The notes: a model not told the origin generated them from the sequence alone. Positions 28,966-39,999 are shown, numbered from the stretch's first letter. The stretch is DNA of 64,000 nt from a virus (IMGVR_UViG_3300026521_000466:64001-128000), one strand, 5' to 3'. Numbers and translations: made by a program.

Positions 28966-29847
28966 CTATTCCTCCAGTTTTCTTATTTTTGCATCGTACT
29001 TCTTCACTCTCTCTTCGTAGTACTCGATCTGCTTATCTATAGTGGTAGACACATCACCTCTCTCCTGCTTCTCTTTAAGCTGGATAAGCTTATACTCGGT
29101 GATACGTTTCATATCTCTATATCTAGCTGCTCTTTTAAGTTCAAAGTCCACCCACCATTTACCGAGGAAATAAAATGGATTTCCGTTAAATGAATTTGAT
29201 GGAAGACTAAAAGACAGATCATAGTCACTTGCCACTTCTCTTAATACTGTTTTATCAACATTGATTTGGACGTCGGATAGATCAGCTATCCTTCCATAGA
29301 TGCCTTTCCCGACACTGAGAGACTTCATAATAGTATCAAAATTACTACCACCGCCCAATACTCTTTTTGTGAAATTAGGATAAATTACATTCTTTTCACC
29401 ATTTAACTCATATACAATAAATGTCATAAGATCGGAGAGATAACCTATAGCGCCGTCCAACTGAGATGCTAGCGTGAGAATGGCAGACTGTCTAATCGTG
29501 ATATTATCTGTAACCAATACATTTGGCATAAATTCATCAATTAGTGTCTTTGCATCTTCCACTCCGACAGACAACCTTGTTGCATATTCTTTCATAGAGG
29601 AGATGAAATCCTCTTTGTTTCTTGCTTTAAAATGCACAAGCTTCAATACTTTCATAAGAGTCTTTTCATCGATCGTGCCGTCTTTTACATACACTTCCAT
29701 TTTCTCGATGGTCGGAAATATATTCTCTTTCAGTGTTGTTGAAAGATTCTCCATACCAAGTAATAACTCACTCTTCTTAATAACATCCACATCTTTCCCA
29801 TTAATGGCATCTTTAAACCATTGCATTACGCCTGTTAGCATATTCAT
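28966..29847 (-). CDS. Virion head/inner-body protein (phiKZ gp90-like)
   Basis: F.GNPFY...W...R......K...E.KL..L...KQIEYYE.RV.K pattern. Confidence 0.6.
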   Translation of the reverse strand: MNMLTGVMQWFKDAINGKDVDVIKKSELLLGMENLSTTLKENIFPTIEKMEVYVKDGTIDEKTLMKVLKLVHFKARNKEDFISSMKEYATRLSVGVEDAKTLIDEFMPNVLVTDNITIRQSAILTLASQLDGAIGYLSDLMTFIVYELNGEKNVIYPNFTKRVLGGGSNFDTIMKSLSVGKGIYGRIADLSDVQINVDKTVLREVASDYDLSFSLPSNSFNGNPFYFLGKWWVDFELKRAARYRDMKRITEYKLIQLKEKQERGDVSTTIDKQIEYYEERVKKYDAKIRKLEE

Positions 29848-29853
29848 TCCTTC

Positions 29854-30918
29854 TTAGTAGTTTTTGCTTAGCAAGAATTCAAGTATCTCACTATTTTTAT
29901 CTCCACCCGTTGAGAGTGATTTATAGGTTACAGTAATAGAATCAGTAAAGTCATGTAGATAGAACTCAGCTAGACTAAAATCATCATTCATCACAACTAG
30001 GGTAGATGATTTTGAATTTTCCAATACTTTATCTCTGTATTTTTGTTTATCAAGGGAGCCACCAATGATCTTTTCGATATCTTCTCTGTCTCTTTCTGTA
30101 ATAACCATCATCTGATAATAACGTGCAAAGCCGAGTGCTTGATTTGTAACTAACTTCATAGTACTGGTTCGCTGTCTATCTTCAAGAGCCTTGAGTATTT
30201 CATCTTTATCTTTCAATCTGTTCTTTTTGTAGTTACGTACCATGTCTCTTGCAAATATAAAATTACCTATTGATACAGCACCTGCCATCATATCATCCAC
30301 TCTACTCCAGAACCCATATTTATCGGACCCTGTTTCTATCAATTTAATAATATTTACACTAGAGACATATTTCACACCCATAGCGACCAGCACTTTAATA
30401 GTTACCACTTCATCTTTTTTCTTTCCTACTTTAGCAGTAAGTTCCAGTTGTCTAAAGACTCTTTCGATGCCTTTCTTTGAATTTTCCATGTTATGGCTTT
30501 TGAAAGGATGGATAAGGGAGTCATCTTGTAATTTCACCATCATATCAGATACTACTACTTTCACACCATCTTCAGACTCCATATTCAACGCTTTGGAGTA
30601 AAAATCTTTACTGGATATCATCTTCATAGCAAATGAAGCATCAAATCCATATACTGAAAGCAATACATCGAAAACCTGTTTTGTAGTGGATGCGAATATT
30701 TCAGCAAGTGCAGTCTCAACATCTTTTATATGGCTATTTCCCTTAAGCGATTCGCTAATAACTACTTGTGGTTCCAGTACATACTGTGATAAAAATTTAT
30801 TGGCGGAGCCTTTAGACAGAATCAAGTCTATCTCTCTCTTGTTTTTCGGGTCATCTGTTTCATAATCTGTCATTACTTTTGCTACACTCAGTAGCGCATT
30901 TGTAATAGTGCTGAACAT
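29854..30918 (-). CDS. Virion head/inner-body protein (phiKZ gp89-like)
   Basis: S...F....V.EP...IS..L, LNME/S, AG......FIFA.D.V..Y pattern. Confidence 0.6.
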   Translation of the reverse strand: MFSTITNALLSVAKVMTDYETDDPKNKREIDLILSKGSANKFLSQYVLEPQVVISESLKGNSHIKDVETALAEIFASTTKQVFDVLLSVYGFDASFAMKMISSKDFYSKALNMESEDGVKVVVSDMMVKLQDDSLIHPFKSHNMENSKKGIERVFRQLELTAKVGKKKDEVVTIKVLVAMGVKYVSSVNIIKLIETGSDKYGFWSRVDDMMAGAVSIGNFIFARDMVRNYKKNRLKDKDEILKALEDRQRTSTMKLVTNQALGFARYYQMMVITERDREDIEKIIGGSLDKQKYRDKVLENSKSSTLVVMNDDFSLAEFYLHDFTDSITVTYKSLSTGGDKNSEILEFLLSKNY

Positions 30919-30995
30919 TTATTATCCTTTTGTCTCAGTTTAAGTATTTCATAAAATTATGTTTTTACCGCAATTCAATGATTATTTAAACGGAG

Positions 30996-32036
30996 ATGAA
31001 CATGATAGACAGTAAAATTAATGACGCGTATCAAGACGCACTTAGAGTTCATACGATATATAAAGAGGAAGATTTACGATTTACAAATATAGTTAAAGGT
31101 ATCTCAAATACACAACAAGTCATCATGCCTGAAGCGGACAGTGATGACATGACCTTTTATTTTTTTACCAGGCCTATGATGAATCTAACTGACTATAATT
31201 TGTATCGAGATAGACTGACAGTTGCATACCAAGATACATCCAACATGGGAGTAAATAATTATATTAGAAGATTGTTAGATCCAAAATATGATAAAGAAGC
31301 AAAAGACAAAAATCCGTTAATGGATTCCAATAGTCCATTCATTAATGTATTTTCAAATACTCTACTGACTGCAAGTGGATGGCCTGACCAGGTAATTGAT
31401 TCCTGGGTTTCTCCTGATGGTCAGAATAAAATAAAATGGGGATACTCTGTAGGTTCAAACAGAGTACATAGAGAGTTTGAAATGGATTTAAAGTTTTTTA
31501 ATATCAAAGAGGAAATAGTAACTAGAATCATAGATATAATGGGCACATACCAATCAAACGTTTCCACTGGAGTATTCTATCCATCAAACAATGCAATGAT
31601 GAATAGATATATAGACTATCAAATAGGAGTATACGTTATAGTTACAACTTATAACTATAAGATAAAGAAGATTGCTAAAACTATTGGTCATTTTATTGCA
31701 AACTCCAAAGGTGTCTATTTTGACTACGATAGAAAACAGTTAAAAACACAACAAAACCCTACATTTTCTACACGATTAAAATGTTTTAACGCATGGTATA
31801 ATGATCCTATACTACTGATGGATTTCAATAGAACAGTAATGGCAATGAACCCTGCCGTAAAAGCTATGGTAAAAGACGGGAGCAAAGAGGTGGTAGAAGT
31901 TCCAAAAAATCTGAGGACTGTATTTCAAAATGAAGGTGTCCCGTTCATTGATATGAAGTACAACACTTTGGAATGGCTAATACCAAAAACAAAATATGAC
32001 ATAGTAAAAAAGAAAATAGAGAAGGAAGATAAATGA
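30996..32036 (+). CDS. Conserved virion structural protein (phiKZ gp88-like)
   Basis: FFTRP.MNLT..N, RRLLDP, PFI...SNTL...SGWPD, YNDP.L..DFN. Confidence 0.75.
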   Translation: MNMIDSKINDAYQDALRVHTIYKEEDLRFTNIVKGISNTQQVIMPEADSDDMTFYFFTRPMMNLTDYNLYRDRLTVAYQDTSNMGVNNYIRRLLDPKYDKEAKDKNPLMDSNSPFINVFSNTLLTASGWPDQVIDSWVSPDGQNKIKWGYSVGSNRVHREFEMDLKFFNIKEEIVTRIIDIMGTYQSNVSTGVFYPSNNAMMNRYIDYQIGVYVIVTTYNYKIKKIAKTIGHFIANSKGVYFDYDRKQLKTQQNPTFSTRLKCFNAWYNDPILLMDFNRTVMAMNPAVKAMVKDGSKEVVEVPKNLRTVFQNEGVPFIDMKYNTLEWLIPKTKYDIVKKKIEKEDK

Positions 32037-34876
32037 ACCCTTTAGAAGCAATAAGTTTAGATCCGATAAGTGCACAGCGTATAGTGTTAAAATCAATAAT
32101 GGGAGAAGAGGTAAATCTTGAAAATCCAACCAATCCATTAGTAACATTAACGGAAGCTATATCTACAACCACCGCAGGTGCATTACAAGAGTTTGTACAA
32201 TCTGAAAAGTATATGTTTCCTGCATTAGCCACTAACGAGGAAGAGCTCTATCCACATATTACAAATATTGATGAACAGCATCTATTTGCATCTCCATCAC
32301 ACACTACGCTCACTATGTTTATAGACCTTGAAAGCATCATAAACTCTGGTGTTTTTGAAAATGGAGCATACAAAATTACCATACCAAAAGATTCTTATGT
32401 GGTTATCGATGAGGTAAGATTGACTATCAGCAATGACGTTCATGTATATATCAATAAGAAAGATGGGCAGTTTATTAGTTTTGTAGAACATGAAATTACT
32501 ACAGAATCTACAGAGGCCACAAACATAGGCACTATCTACTCTACCATAACCACACTTGAAGACAATACACAATGGGTAATGTTTGATATACCAGTTACTC
32601 AGGTGAATATAATCCATACTGAAGCCATCGCTACTTTAGGTTTGGATTTCCATGTAGAGATACCAATAACCGATCAATACTATTATAGTGTTGTCGAATA
32701 CTTAAATCCATTAACTAACGAGCATACGCCTGTGCAGAAAACATATGTTGAAAGCATATATGATCCACATACACCAACAGCCTATATCCAGTTGTTAAAC
32801 GACAAGGTTATTTATAAGATACCAAAAATCTATTTGGATAATATAATACGGTCAAATACTATACGTATCTCTATATATACCACAAAAGGTAAAATAAGAA
32901 TGCCTTTGAACAAATATAAGGTAGAAGATTTTAAATTCTACCTATTTAAAGATAAAGACACTATTCATAAAGCAGCTGCATTTAACGTGAACTTTATTGT
33001 AAAATCTAACAATATATTAGATGGTGGGGTAAATAGAAGAGTAGTTCGAGATATGAGAAAGAAATTTATCAATAGAGTAACGGGTAACATCGACATGCCT
33101 ATTACTGAACATCAGCTAGTTGAAAAAAGCAGATTGGATGGATTCTTCTTAGATAAACTAAAAGATACACTTTATGAAAGAGTCTATGTGGCGAGTAAAG
33201 ATATCAATGACTTTACAACAATAGACGTCCCAATTTATGTCTATAATGCAAACACAAAGCTTTTTAATATAGATGATAAACAGGACTCCTTTATAATAGA
33301 GGATGATATGTTCTTGGTAAAACCGAATACGTTGTTTAAAAATGTAAATGGAATGACGAGTCCAGTAACGCAGACTGAATATGATTTTGTAAAAAATATG
33401 GATTTAGCATCAAAAATAAAGTATCTGAATGAAAATAACTTCCTATATAATCCTTTCCTATACATCATTGATAATGACTTAGATATAGTTACATCAAGGA
33501 TATACAGTATAAATAAACCTACTGTAGAGAGACTCTCTATAATAAATAAAAACAAATCTCTAAAAGAGAATGTGAATATAACAGGCTATAATATAGTGAG
33601 AGAAAATGATAGATACTACATATTCTTTAAACTAAGTGGTAATGATGCATACGAACTTATTAAAGATAACATCACTATTCAATTAGCTGTAGAGAGCACT
33701 TATGGAAAACGATACTTCTATAGTTTTGTAGATACTGTTCTCTCAGAATCATATATAGGTAGAGAGGATGACACGGTTCATATTATACAAGTTGACACTG
33801 ATAATCTTAAAATAGACAATGACGAACAGATGTTATTAATACCCGAAGATAATAATGTCAATAATATATCTCTCTTTTCACATTCAGACATAGTTATCTT
33901 CTATAATGGAACTGACTTAACAAGCACTGGCGGCGTGCAAACAGATGCCACGCTCTACTTAAATGCGAATGAAATTCCTGGACGAGGAGATGTTATCGGC
34001 TTAACCAGGGAGAGTGTCGATATAACATTTGCTACAAAATTGAAATATTTCTGGAATAGAGCTGATAGTGTATTTACAGAAAACAAATATATGAAATATG
34101 AGTACGATGTTCCAAAGATATATCCCGAAGATGTCTATGACGATAATCTATTACCATTTGATGTATCAGACACAGATGGTGATGGCATATGCGATGCATT
34201 AGAGTTTAATATAATCCATCATAAAGGTGAGATAGTCTATGATGCAAATGATAATATAGTGTATGAACATAGAAAAGGTGACATCATATATGATGAAGAG
34301 GACAATCCAATCATTGATAAAAAGTATGGGCTATTGAAATACGTTGATATACTGATGATGGAGTATAACTATAAAGCTTCCAATAAAACTATTTACCTAG
34401 ACCATATTGAGGGAATAGAGGATCTGCTATTAGACTGGTCTATGTATAAGATGGCTGAATTAAATAATAAAACATTAGATAATACAAAGATACTGTTTAG
34501 GGCAAGGCGCTCTAGCGACTTAGTAATATCGAAAACAAAAAATAAATATACAAAAGTATTATCGCCGACAGTAACATTATACTACAGACAAGATAGCAGT
34601 GCATTTAAAACGGACTTTGATACAGTTTACAAAAACATCGGCATGATATTAAATAGATATTTTAGTAAACCATACATCAACATCACGGATATTGAACACA
34701 GTATTATAAAATCACTTGATAGCAGTCTATTGACAGTGGACGTTTCTGATTATCTTCCAGATAATCCAAAAATAATAGACCTGGAAACATTCAGTAATAG
34801 ATTTGAAATAAAGAAATCAATAGATGATATTTTCCAGATACGGTACGACTACAAGCTCAATATAGAATACATATAG
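32033..34876 (+). CDS. Large baseplate wedge-like virion protein (phiKZ gp87-like)
   Basis: DP...QR, PTNP...L.EA, P.LA...EELY.H, F..PS, YDP.TPTA, YTTKG, H.KG repeats. Confidence 0.75.
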   Translation: MNPLEAISLDPISAQRIVLKSIMGEEVNLENPTNPLVTLTEAISTTTAGALQEFVQSEKYMFPALATNEEELYPHITNIDEQHLFASPSHTTLTMFIDLESIINSGVFENGAYKITIPKDSYVVIDEVRLTISNDVHVYINKKDGQFISFVEHEITTESTEATNIGTIYSTITTLEDNTQWVMFDIPVTQVNIIHTEAIATLGLDFHVEIPITDQYYYSVVEYLNPLTNEHTPVQKTYVESIYDPHTPTAYIQLLNDKVIYKIPKIYLDNIIRSNTIRISIYTTKGKIRMPLNKYKVEDFKFYLFKDKDTIHKAAAFNVNFIVKSNNILDGGVNRRVVRDMRKKFINRVTGNIDMPITEHQLVEKSRLDGFFLDKLKDTLYERVYVASKDINDFTTIDVPIYVYNANTKLFNIDDKQDSFIIEDDMFLVKPNTLFKNVNGMTSPVTQTEYDFVKNMDLASKIKYLNENNFLYNPFLYIIDNDLDIVTSRIYSINKPTVERLSIINKNKSLKENVNITGYNIVRENDRYYIFFKLSGNDAYELIKDNITIQLAVESTYGKRYFYSFVDTVLSESYIGREDDTVHIIQVDTDNLKIDNDEQMLLIPEDNNVNNISLFSHSDIVIFYNGTDLTSTGGVQTDATLYLNANEIPGRGDVIGLTRESVDITFATKLKYFWNRADSVFTENKYMKYEYDVPKIYPEDVYDDNLLPFDVSDTDGDGICDALEFNIIHHKGEIVYDANDNIVYEHRKGDIIYDEEDNPIIDKKYGLLKYVDILMMEYNYKASNKTIYLDHIEGIEDLLLDWSMYKMAELNNKTLDNTKILFRARRSSDLVISKTKNKYTKVLSPTVTLYYRQDSSAFKTDFDTVYKNIGMILNRYFSKPYINITDIEHSIIKSLDSSLLTVDVSDYLPDNPKIIDLETFSNRFEIKKSIDDIFQIRYDYKLNIEYI

Positions 34877-34903
34877 TCAGAGAGGGAATCATCCCTCTCT
34901 GAC
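34876..34903. terminator. 12-bp hairpin at a convergent junction
   Basis: GTCAGAGAGGGA-atca-TCCCTCTCTGAC. Confidence 0.65.
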
Positions 34904-36283
34904 CTTTTCTTTAAGTTTTTTATATTCTACCATCTCTTCTTGCAGCGCAAGAATAATATCAGCATAAGAATTCATCTTTCTTACAGCTAGGCCGATATAG
35001 TAATTCATTGTAGCTATGCCCTTATACTCTTTCAGTAATTTTATCATATAGTTAAAGTAATTCAATGTATAGTCATTACATCCAGCTAAATGGGCTCTCT
35101 TCTCAACAATCTTTTGAACTGTGTCTTTTGGAACTTTCGCAAACTCCTTTTCCATGGTGCGAATCTCTTTGAATAGAGATTTGTAAGTAGGCAGCTTATC
35201 AATCTCTTTCCCATATTTGTGTATAAAGACCATCTCTTTATCAAAGAGCATATACTCCTGATATGCAGGGTCATTCTTATTAAACATATGCGGCATATCG
35301 CCAATCTGTACTCTTATCGTATCTGAGCTTTTCACAAAGTCACAATCTGACCCGAATATTATCAAATCTACATAGACATCACTGTCCCCGGTCCCCATAT
35401 TATCTACAGATGCATTAATACAACAAATCTCATATCGTGGATAAGCGTCCAGATTATAATTTGGGAAGTAATCACGTATAAGACTCTGCCACATTTTGCT
35501 GTTGGAGTAATTAGGCATAAGAATATCAATCTTATTAGGATCTTTATCTATTGCTTTAAGAAATACTTTCATATTTGCATCAAAATCAACATACTGCTCT
35601 TTAAAGACATCGACCTTGTACATCTCGTTGATATATACAATGGCTTTTAGATACTGTATATCAGGAGTACGTTTACTCTCTATTCGTCTAAGCAATCTTA
35701 GTTTTTTATCTATAGAGAATGCAAGATCATATATCTTTTTCTCAATCGATGTTTCAACACTCGGTTCTTCTTGAACATCATCACGAACTGAATCCTGCTC
35801 ATCTGTTACATTCGATTCTTCTACAATCTGTTTTGCCTCAGCTATAACCTTTGCCGTCTGAACCTTTCCCGTAGCGACATCTCGCACAGATTTACTGCCA
35901 GAGCTAGAACTGCCACCGCCAATACCAAAGATAGAACTTAAGAATTTAAGGATAGCTTTAAAGAAAGACATAATGGCATTTACAATACCGCTTACAACGC
36001 CTTCACTGTTATACTTGATCAATTCTACAAAATGATCATATTCCATATTCATCTCTTGAGCTTTTAACTCCAATGCGGCTTTTGCTTTCATTTTGAACAC
36101 TGGGTTAAACTCATGCTCTACATCATCAAGAAGATCTTTAAATCCACCAGTAAATAATTTAGAAACATTATCCATAGCATCACTACATTTATCCATGGCC
36201 AGTTGGTGTTCTGCTGCCGTTAAGCCTAGCGCAAAGCTAGACTCTGGTATCTCCTCATTTATCATGTCCCGTATATTCATCAT
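34889..36283 (-). CDS. Probable internal head protein
   Basis: Likely start ATG 36283 after AGGAGG; NME and NSE/G followed by IVNAIMSFFKAILKFLSSIFGIGGGSSS, an amphipathic helix plus G/S linker typical of phiKZ head paralogues. Confidence 0.6.
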   Translation of the reverse strand: MMNIRDMINEEIPESSFALGLTAAEHQLAMDKCSDAMDNVSKLFTGGFKDLLDDVEHEFNPVFKMKAKAALELKAQEMNMEYDHFVELIKYNSEGVVSGIVNAIMSFFKAILKFLSSIFGIGGGSSSSGSKSVRDVATGKVQTAKVIAEAKQIVEESNVTDEQDSVRDDVQEEPSVETSIEKKIYDLAFSIDKKLRLLRRIESKRTPDIQYLKAIVYINEMYKVDVFKEQYVDFDANMKVFLKAIDKDPNKIDILMPNYSNSKMWQSLIRDYFPNYNLDAYPRYEICCINASVDNMGTGDSDVYVDLIIFGSDCDFVKSSDTIRVQIGDMPHMFNKNDPAYQEYMLFDKEMVFIHKYGKEIDKLPTYKSLFKEIRTMEKEFAKVPKDTVQKIVEKRAHLAGCNDYTLNYFNYMIKLLKEYKGIATMNYYIGLAVRKMNSYADIILALQEEMVEYKKLKEKVREG

Positions 36284-37025
36284 ACCCCTCCTTAAATTTA
36301 ACAATAATATCATCTCTCAATCTTGTATTGAACAGGACAGTAAACTCGATCACAGCAACCAACATTTCAGGCACGTTCATTTCATTATGTACGGCGGATG
36401 AACTAATATAATCTTTAGCAATAAACTCAGCGCGCATAGAATCAAGTGTCGTTCTGTATTGTTTGCGATCTATCACCCAGCGACCATAATCCAATACACC
36501 ACCGATAGTATTGATATCAAGATGATCATATAGTTTCTCTTTATGATTATAGATGTTCATAAGAATACGCTCATCCGCATCATCTATTAAATCCTCTAGT
36601 TGGTCTAATATTTCAGGTATATCAATAAGTTTTACATCCCACAAACTTATCAATGTGTCATTGACGTTAATGACAATAAGTGAAGATCTAAATAATTTAA
36701 GCATAATATCATTAATCTTCACGTCAGTAAGATTATCAAGCCTATCAACTAAGGAGATCGTGTCCTCTATGATTTTCATAGACTCCTCTTTTGTATATGT
36801 CTTAGGAGCATGTATCAATCTCCTTAGGAAGTTAACTGTCATATCATACTGTTGTATAGACGGATGTTCTGTGTATGCATTTTTAACAATCTCTTCAAAG
36901 AGAGCTCCCTCAGTAAGTTCATCAATAGACTCTGCCTGCTTCCTGCTAATAGACTGTGCTATTTCTAATCGATTCAGCTCAGCCTCTATCAGTTTTCTAG
37001 TTGCCTTATTCATCGTTTTGTCCAA
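36255..37025 (-). CDS. Hypothetical protein in the virion cluster
   Basis: 256-aa ORF overlapping both neighbours. Confidence 0.65.
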   Translation of the reverse strand: MDKTMNKATRKLIEAELNRLEIAQSISRKQAESIDELTEGALFEEIVKNAYTEHPSIQQYDMTVNFLRRLIHAPKTYTKEESMKIIEDTISLVDRLDNLTDVKINDIMLKLFRSSLIVINVNDTLISLWDVKLIDIPEILDQLEDLIDDADERILMNIYNHKEKLYDHLDINTIGGVLDYGRWVIDRKQYRTTLDSMRAEFIAKDYISSSAVHNEMNVPEMLVAVIEFTVLFNTRLRDDIIVKFKEGYDEYTGHDK

Positions 37026-37428
37026 ATAGAGAATTAAGATCTTCTAGGGCATTCTTATTGTTATTAGCAATATTTATAAAATGCTGTATATCAGTTGTAG
37101 GTTTACCGTAATTTTCAGCACCCACAGATGCATTAAACATTGCTCTTTGGCTATCCATCAGTTCCATTACGATAAAATTAATAGGAGCTGCTTCAAAAGG
37201 ATATGCAAACTCATCTCTTAATTTATCAACTTGTGTAGAGACTGTCTCTCTGGTAGCTTTATGTATGGCTGGTGTATTTATCGTAAGGTCTTCGTTCAAC
37301 ATCATCTTTTGAATATTCTGCACTGCTTCTGTTTTAAATACCCTATCGGCGAGAACGAAAAAAGCCAACTCTTTTTTCGCACCGTTTGTATTGAAATACT
37401 CATCTATTTTAAAATATTGTTTTGTCAT
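37006..37428 (-). CDS. Hypothetical protein in the virion cluster
   Basis: 140-aa ORF with AAAGGA RBS. Confidence 0.65.
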   Translation of the reverse strand: MTKQYFKIDEYFNTNGAKKELAFFVLADRVFKTEAVQNIQKMMLNEDLTINTPAIHKATRETVSTQVDKLRDEFAYPFEAAPINFIVMELMDSQRAMFNASVGAENYGKPTTDIQHFINIANNNKNALEDLNSLFGQNDE

Positions 37429-37440
37429 GGGTTATCCTTT

Positions 37441-38892
37441 TTATTTAAAAATTCTTTTGAAAGTTTCAGATCTGACATGCATGTCATTTTCCATCAACTC
37501 TTCTGCTGACATATAGAAATCAGAGATACCTACCTGTCTACGTCTCATAGTGAATAGATACTTTAGATTTGTAAATATTCCTCTATCCTCCTCTACTTTC
37601 TCAATCAATTCCTCAATAGTGGAAATTTGAACCAATATATCGGACTTGTTTTTTGTACTTGTCTCTTTCATCTGTCTGATAAGATCATATTTAACACGTC
37701 TAAATCTCTGTTCTAAATCATCATAAATAGAATCAGTATCAAGCATTAATTCTCTTAACTTATTTGGATCTGTTACTCCGGCAACAGTGGAAACTTGTGC
37801 AAGTTGAACTAATGCAAAGATCATGTAGATTACCCAGAAGAGTATGTAAAAGAACATTGCGGCCATTGGGTTAGTCATTATTATAACTACTATAAGCACT
37901 GCAATAGCTGTATACGTCATAAATAGAGCTAAAGAAAATGAATGGGAATCTGCTTTATTATCCTCAGCCCCTTCAAGATTACCTGTTATTCTAGCCAATG
38001 CGGTGACTAGATCTTGTCCTAGACCGTGTCTTACAGCAAATTGATCAGCCATACTTTCATTGTTTTTAATAGCGTATACATTCCCATTTGTTTTATCACT
38101 CATGTTAAAGATATCATAGAACAACTCCTTAACATCAGAAACATTACGACCGTCAATGGCAATAATATTATTGTAACTCTCTATAAGCTCTTTTTCATTC
38201 TTTGATTCATACATTCCCTCCACAGCAGTATTGACTGTAGTAAAGTATTGATGCATATATGCCAATGAATTGAATCCATGTCCAAATTCATGGTAAGTGA
38301 TTGCCATAATTTCACGTACGGTAAAGTTTGCTCTGAACAACTGTATAAATGGTATACCAACAAAAACAACAACATCTTTGTTTAGACCTTCTATTTTACC
38401 CTTAGCAAAATCTATCTTTACTTTCTTGTTAAAGTATTGTTTTTCAATCTCGTTCATAGATTGTCCAAGAGTGGCATATAGATTAATAAGATCTTTGCTG
38501 CTCTTCAATGCTTTAATGTCTGTACTTTTATTATCTGGTCGTATCTTATATTTACGCATAACGTTTTTGATTATTTTACTAATCTCTGCGTTTTGATGTG
38601 CTATGATATTGCTAGATGGTCCGGGAGGAACTATACAATGAGGTCCTGCGTTTGTGGAGTAGAATTTAAAATGTATTCCATACTCTACAAAGACTGCATC
38701 TTCCAGTTCTTCAAATTTCTCCCTATACCCTTTCTGTTTTGTAATGTCGTCATTACTTTGAAATTTCAGCATGCCGTGTTCTGTCTTTAAATATGTAAAC
38801 AACTCTTCCATTTTTTTCAAAGTTTTATTTTCAGTAACTGCTTGTATAGACTCCATATTGAAATCGTTTTTAAGTGTTAATCGCATCTTCAT
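37441..38892 (-). CDS. Virion protein with HExGH zinc-metallopeptidase motif and two transmembrane segments (phiKZ gp84-like)
   Basis: EIMAITYHEFGH, NESMADQFAVRHGLG..L.TAL (M48-like), a hydrophobic hairpin, YD....R..R. Confidence 0.7.
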   Translation of the reverse strand: MKMRLTLKNDFNMESIQAVTENKTLKKMEELFTYLKTEHGMLKFQSNDDITKQKGYREKFEELEDAVFVEYGIHFKFYSTNAGPHCIVPPGPSSNIIAHQNAEISKIIKNVMRKYKIRPDNKSTDIKALKSSKDLINLYATLGQSMNEIEKQYFNKKVKIDFAKGKIEGLNKDVVVFVGIPFIQLFRANFTVREIMAITYHEFGHGFNSLAYMHQYFTTVNTAVEGMYESKNEKELIESYNNIIAIDGRNVSDVKELFYDIFNMSDKTNGNVYAIKNNESMADQFAVRHGLGQDLVTALARITGNLEGAEDNKADSHSFSLALFMTYTAIAVLIVVIIMTNPMAAMFFYILFWVIYMIFALVQLAQVSTVAGVTDPNKLRELMLDTDSIYDDLEQRFRRVKYDLIRQMKETSTKNKSDILVQISTIEELIEKVEEDRGIFTNLKYLFTMRRRQVGISDFYMSAEELMENDMHVRSETFKRIFK

Positions 38893-38960
38893 TGCATAGT
38901 CCTTGTGTAAATTAATATATCAAGGAAAAGTTTATATTGTTAAATAAAGAAAAAAAGACA

Positions 38961-38983
38961 GTATGTAGGGATTCCCTACATAC
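38961..38983 (-). terminator. Intrinsic terminator
   Basis: GTATGTAGGG-att-CCCTACATAC plus a 7-T run on the minus strand. Confidence 0.7.
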
Positions 38984-39665
38984 CAAATTTAATATTGTTT
39001 ACAATTGTTTTCTTTTCATCAACCATATCAGGATATGTTAATATTTGCAGGAGTGTGGCCATAAATACGTCCCTACCTGACATAGTTCTTAGTTCATCCC
39101 CATACATGAAATTTATAGGCTCGTTATAGATCAACAGCGAGTAGACATTATCACTAACATCTATATCAAAGTTAGCTCTATAGAAATAGTTAAAGTTCAT
39201 ATATTCCTCAGTGAGCTCACTAATATTACTTCTGTTGAAGATGCTATTGAACGTATACAAATCTACATCGGCGTATGTTAATGACCTCAACATCTTGATC
39301 TTATTATCCTTCCAATGTAATAGTCCTTCCCTAATATAGATGTCCGAGGTGTATTTTTCACCATTAAGCTTATCATCTATTGTGAAAAATGTTCTACCAG
39401 AACCACTCTGCTTTGTCACCAATATATCAAAGATAGGACGAGTCAATCTTGTATACACCTCTTTATTTCTCTCCAATACTTTTGTGTAATCTATACCCGC
39501 TACATCTTTTATCTCATACCATATATCGTCATCGTCATGCAAGGCAAACTCTATTGTTGGCGTTATTTTACATTTACTCAACCATGCCTCTTCATAAAAC
39601 TTCCCTTTAACTACCTCTCTGATAGAGGCTGCTAACTTATTAATCTCTTGTACTACTTCTGTCAT
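38976..39665 (-). CDS. Early hypothetical protein
   Basis: 229-aa ORF with AAAGGA RBS. Confidence 0.7.
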   Translation of the reverse strand: MTEVVQEINKLAASIREVVKGKFYEEAWLSKCKITPTIEFALHDDDDIWYEIKDVAGIDYTKVLERNKEVYTRLTRPIFDILVTKQSGSGRTFFTIDDKLNGEKYTSDIYIREGLLHWKDNKIKMLRSLTYADVDLYTFNSIFNRSNISELTEEYMNFNYFYRANFDIDVSDNVYSLLIYNEPINFMYGDELRTMSGRDVFMATLLQILTYPDMVDEKKTIVNNIKFGM

Positions 39666-39910
39666 TATTTGTTCCTTTTAATATTTGTTTCACTCTCATT
39701 TATAGGTGATAGATATTCAGGGTATTCAGTTTTTAACGTATGACCAGACAACATTTTTCTCACGCGTATTAACTCATCACCATCATCTCCAAAGCACGCA
39801 TCGTAATCTACTCTAGTTTTACCTATGAACAACGCAACAGCTTCCTACACTCTCACCACACACCCATTAAAGACTGCGTAGAGTCCCTTTATGTTTTCTA
39901 TTGTATACAT
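39665..39910 (-). pseudogene. 82-codon reading frame interrupted by one in-frame TAG (absent from the ORF track)
   Basis: GGAGG RBS, ATG at 39910, TAG at 39845-39847 (codon 22). The frame stays open to a TAA that overlaps the next ATG (TAATG). Confidence 0.6.
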
Positions 39911-39969
39911 CACTACCTCCTAGTAGATTATTAATAGTTATTAAATAACACCTAAAGCCCAATCCACTA

Positions 39970-39979
39970 TAATAATATA
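39970..39979 (-). promoter_or_regulatory. Early promoter motif
   Basis: TATATTATTA followed by TAGTGG. Confidence 0.7.
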
Positions 39980-39999
39980 CAGATAAAAAGAAATAGTAA

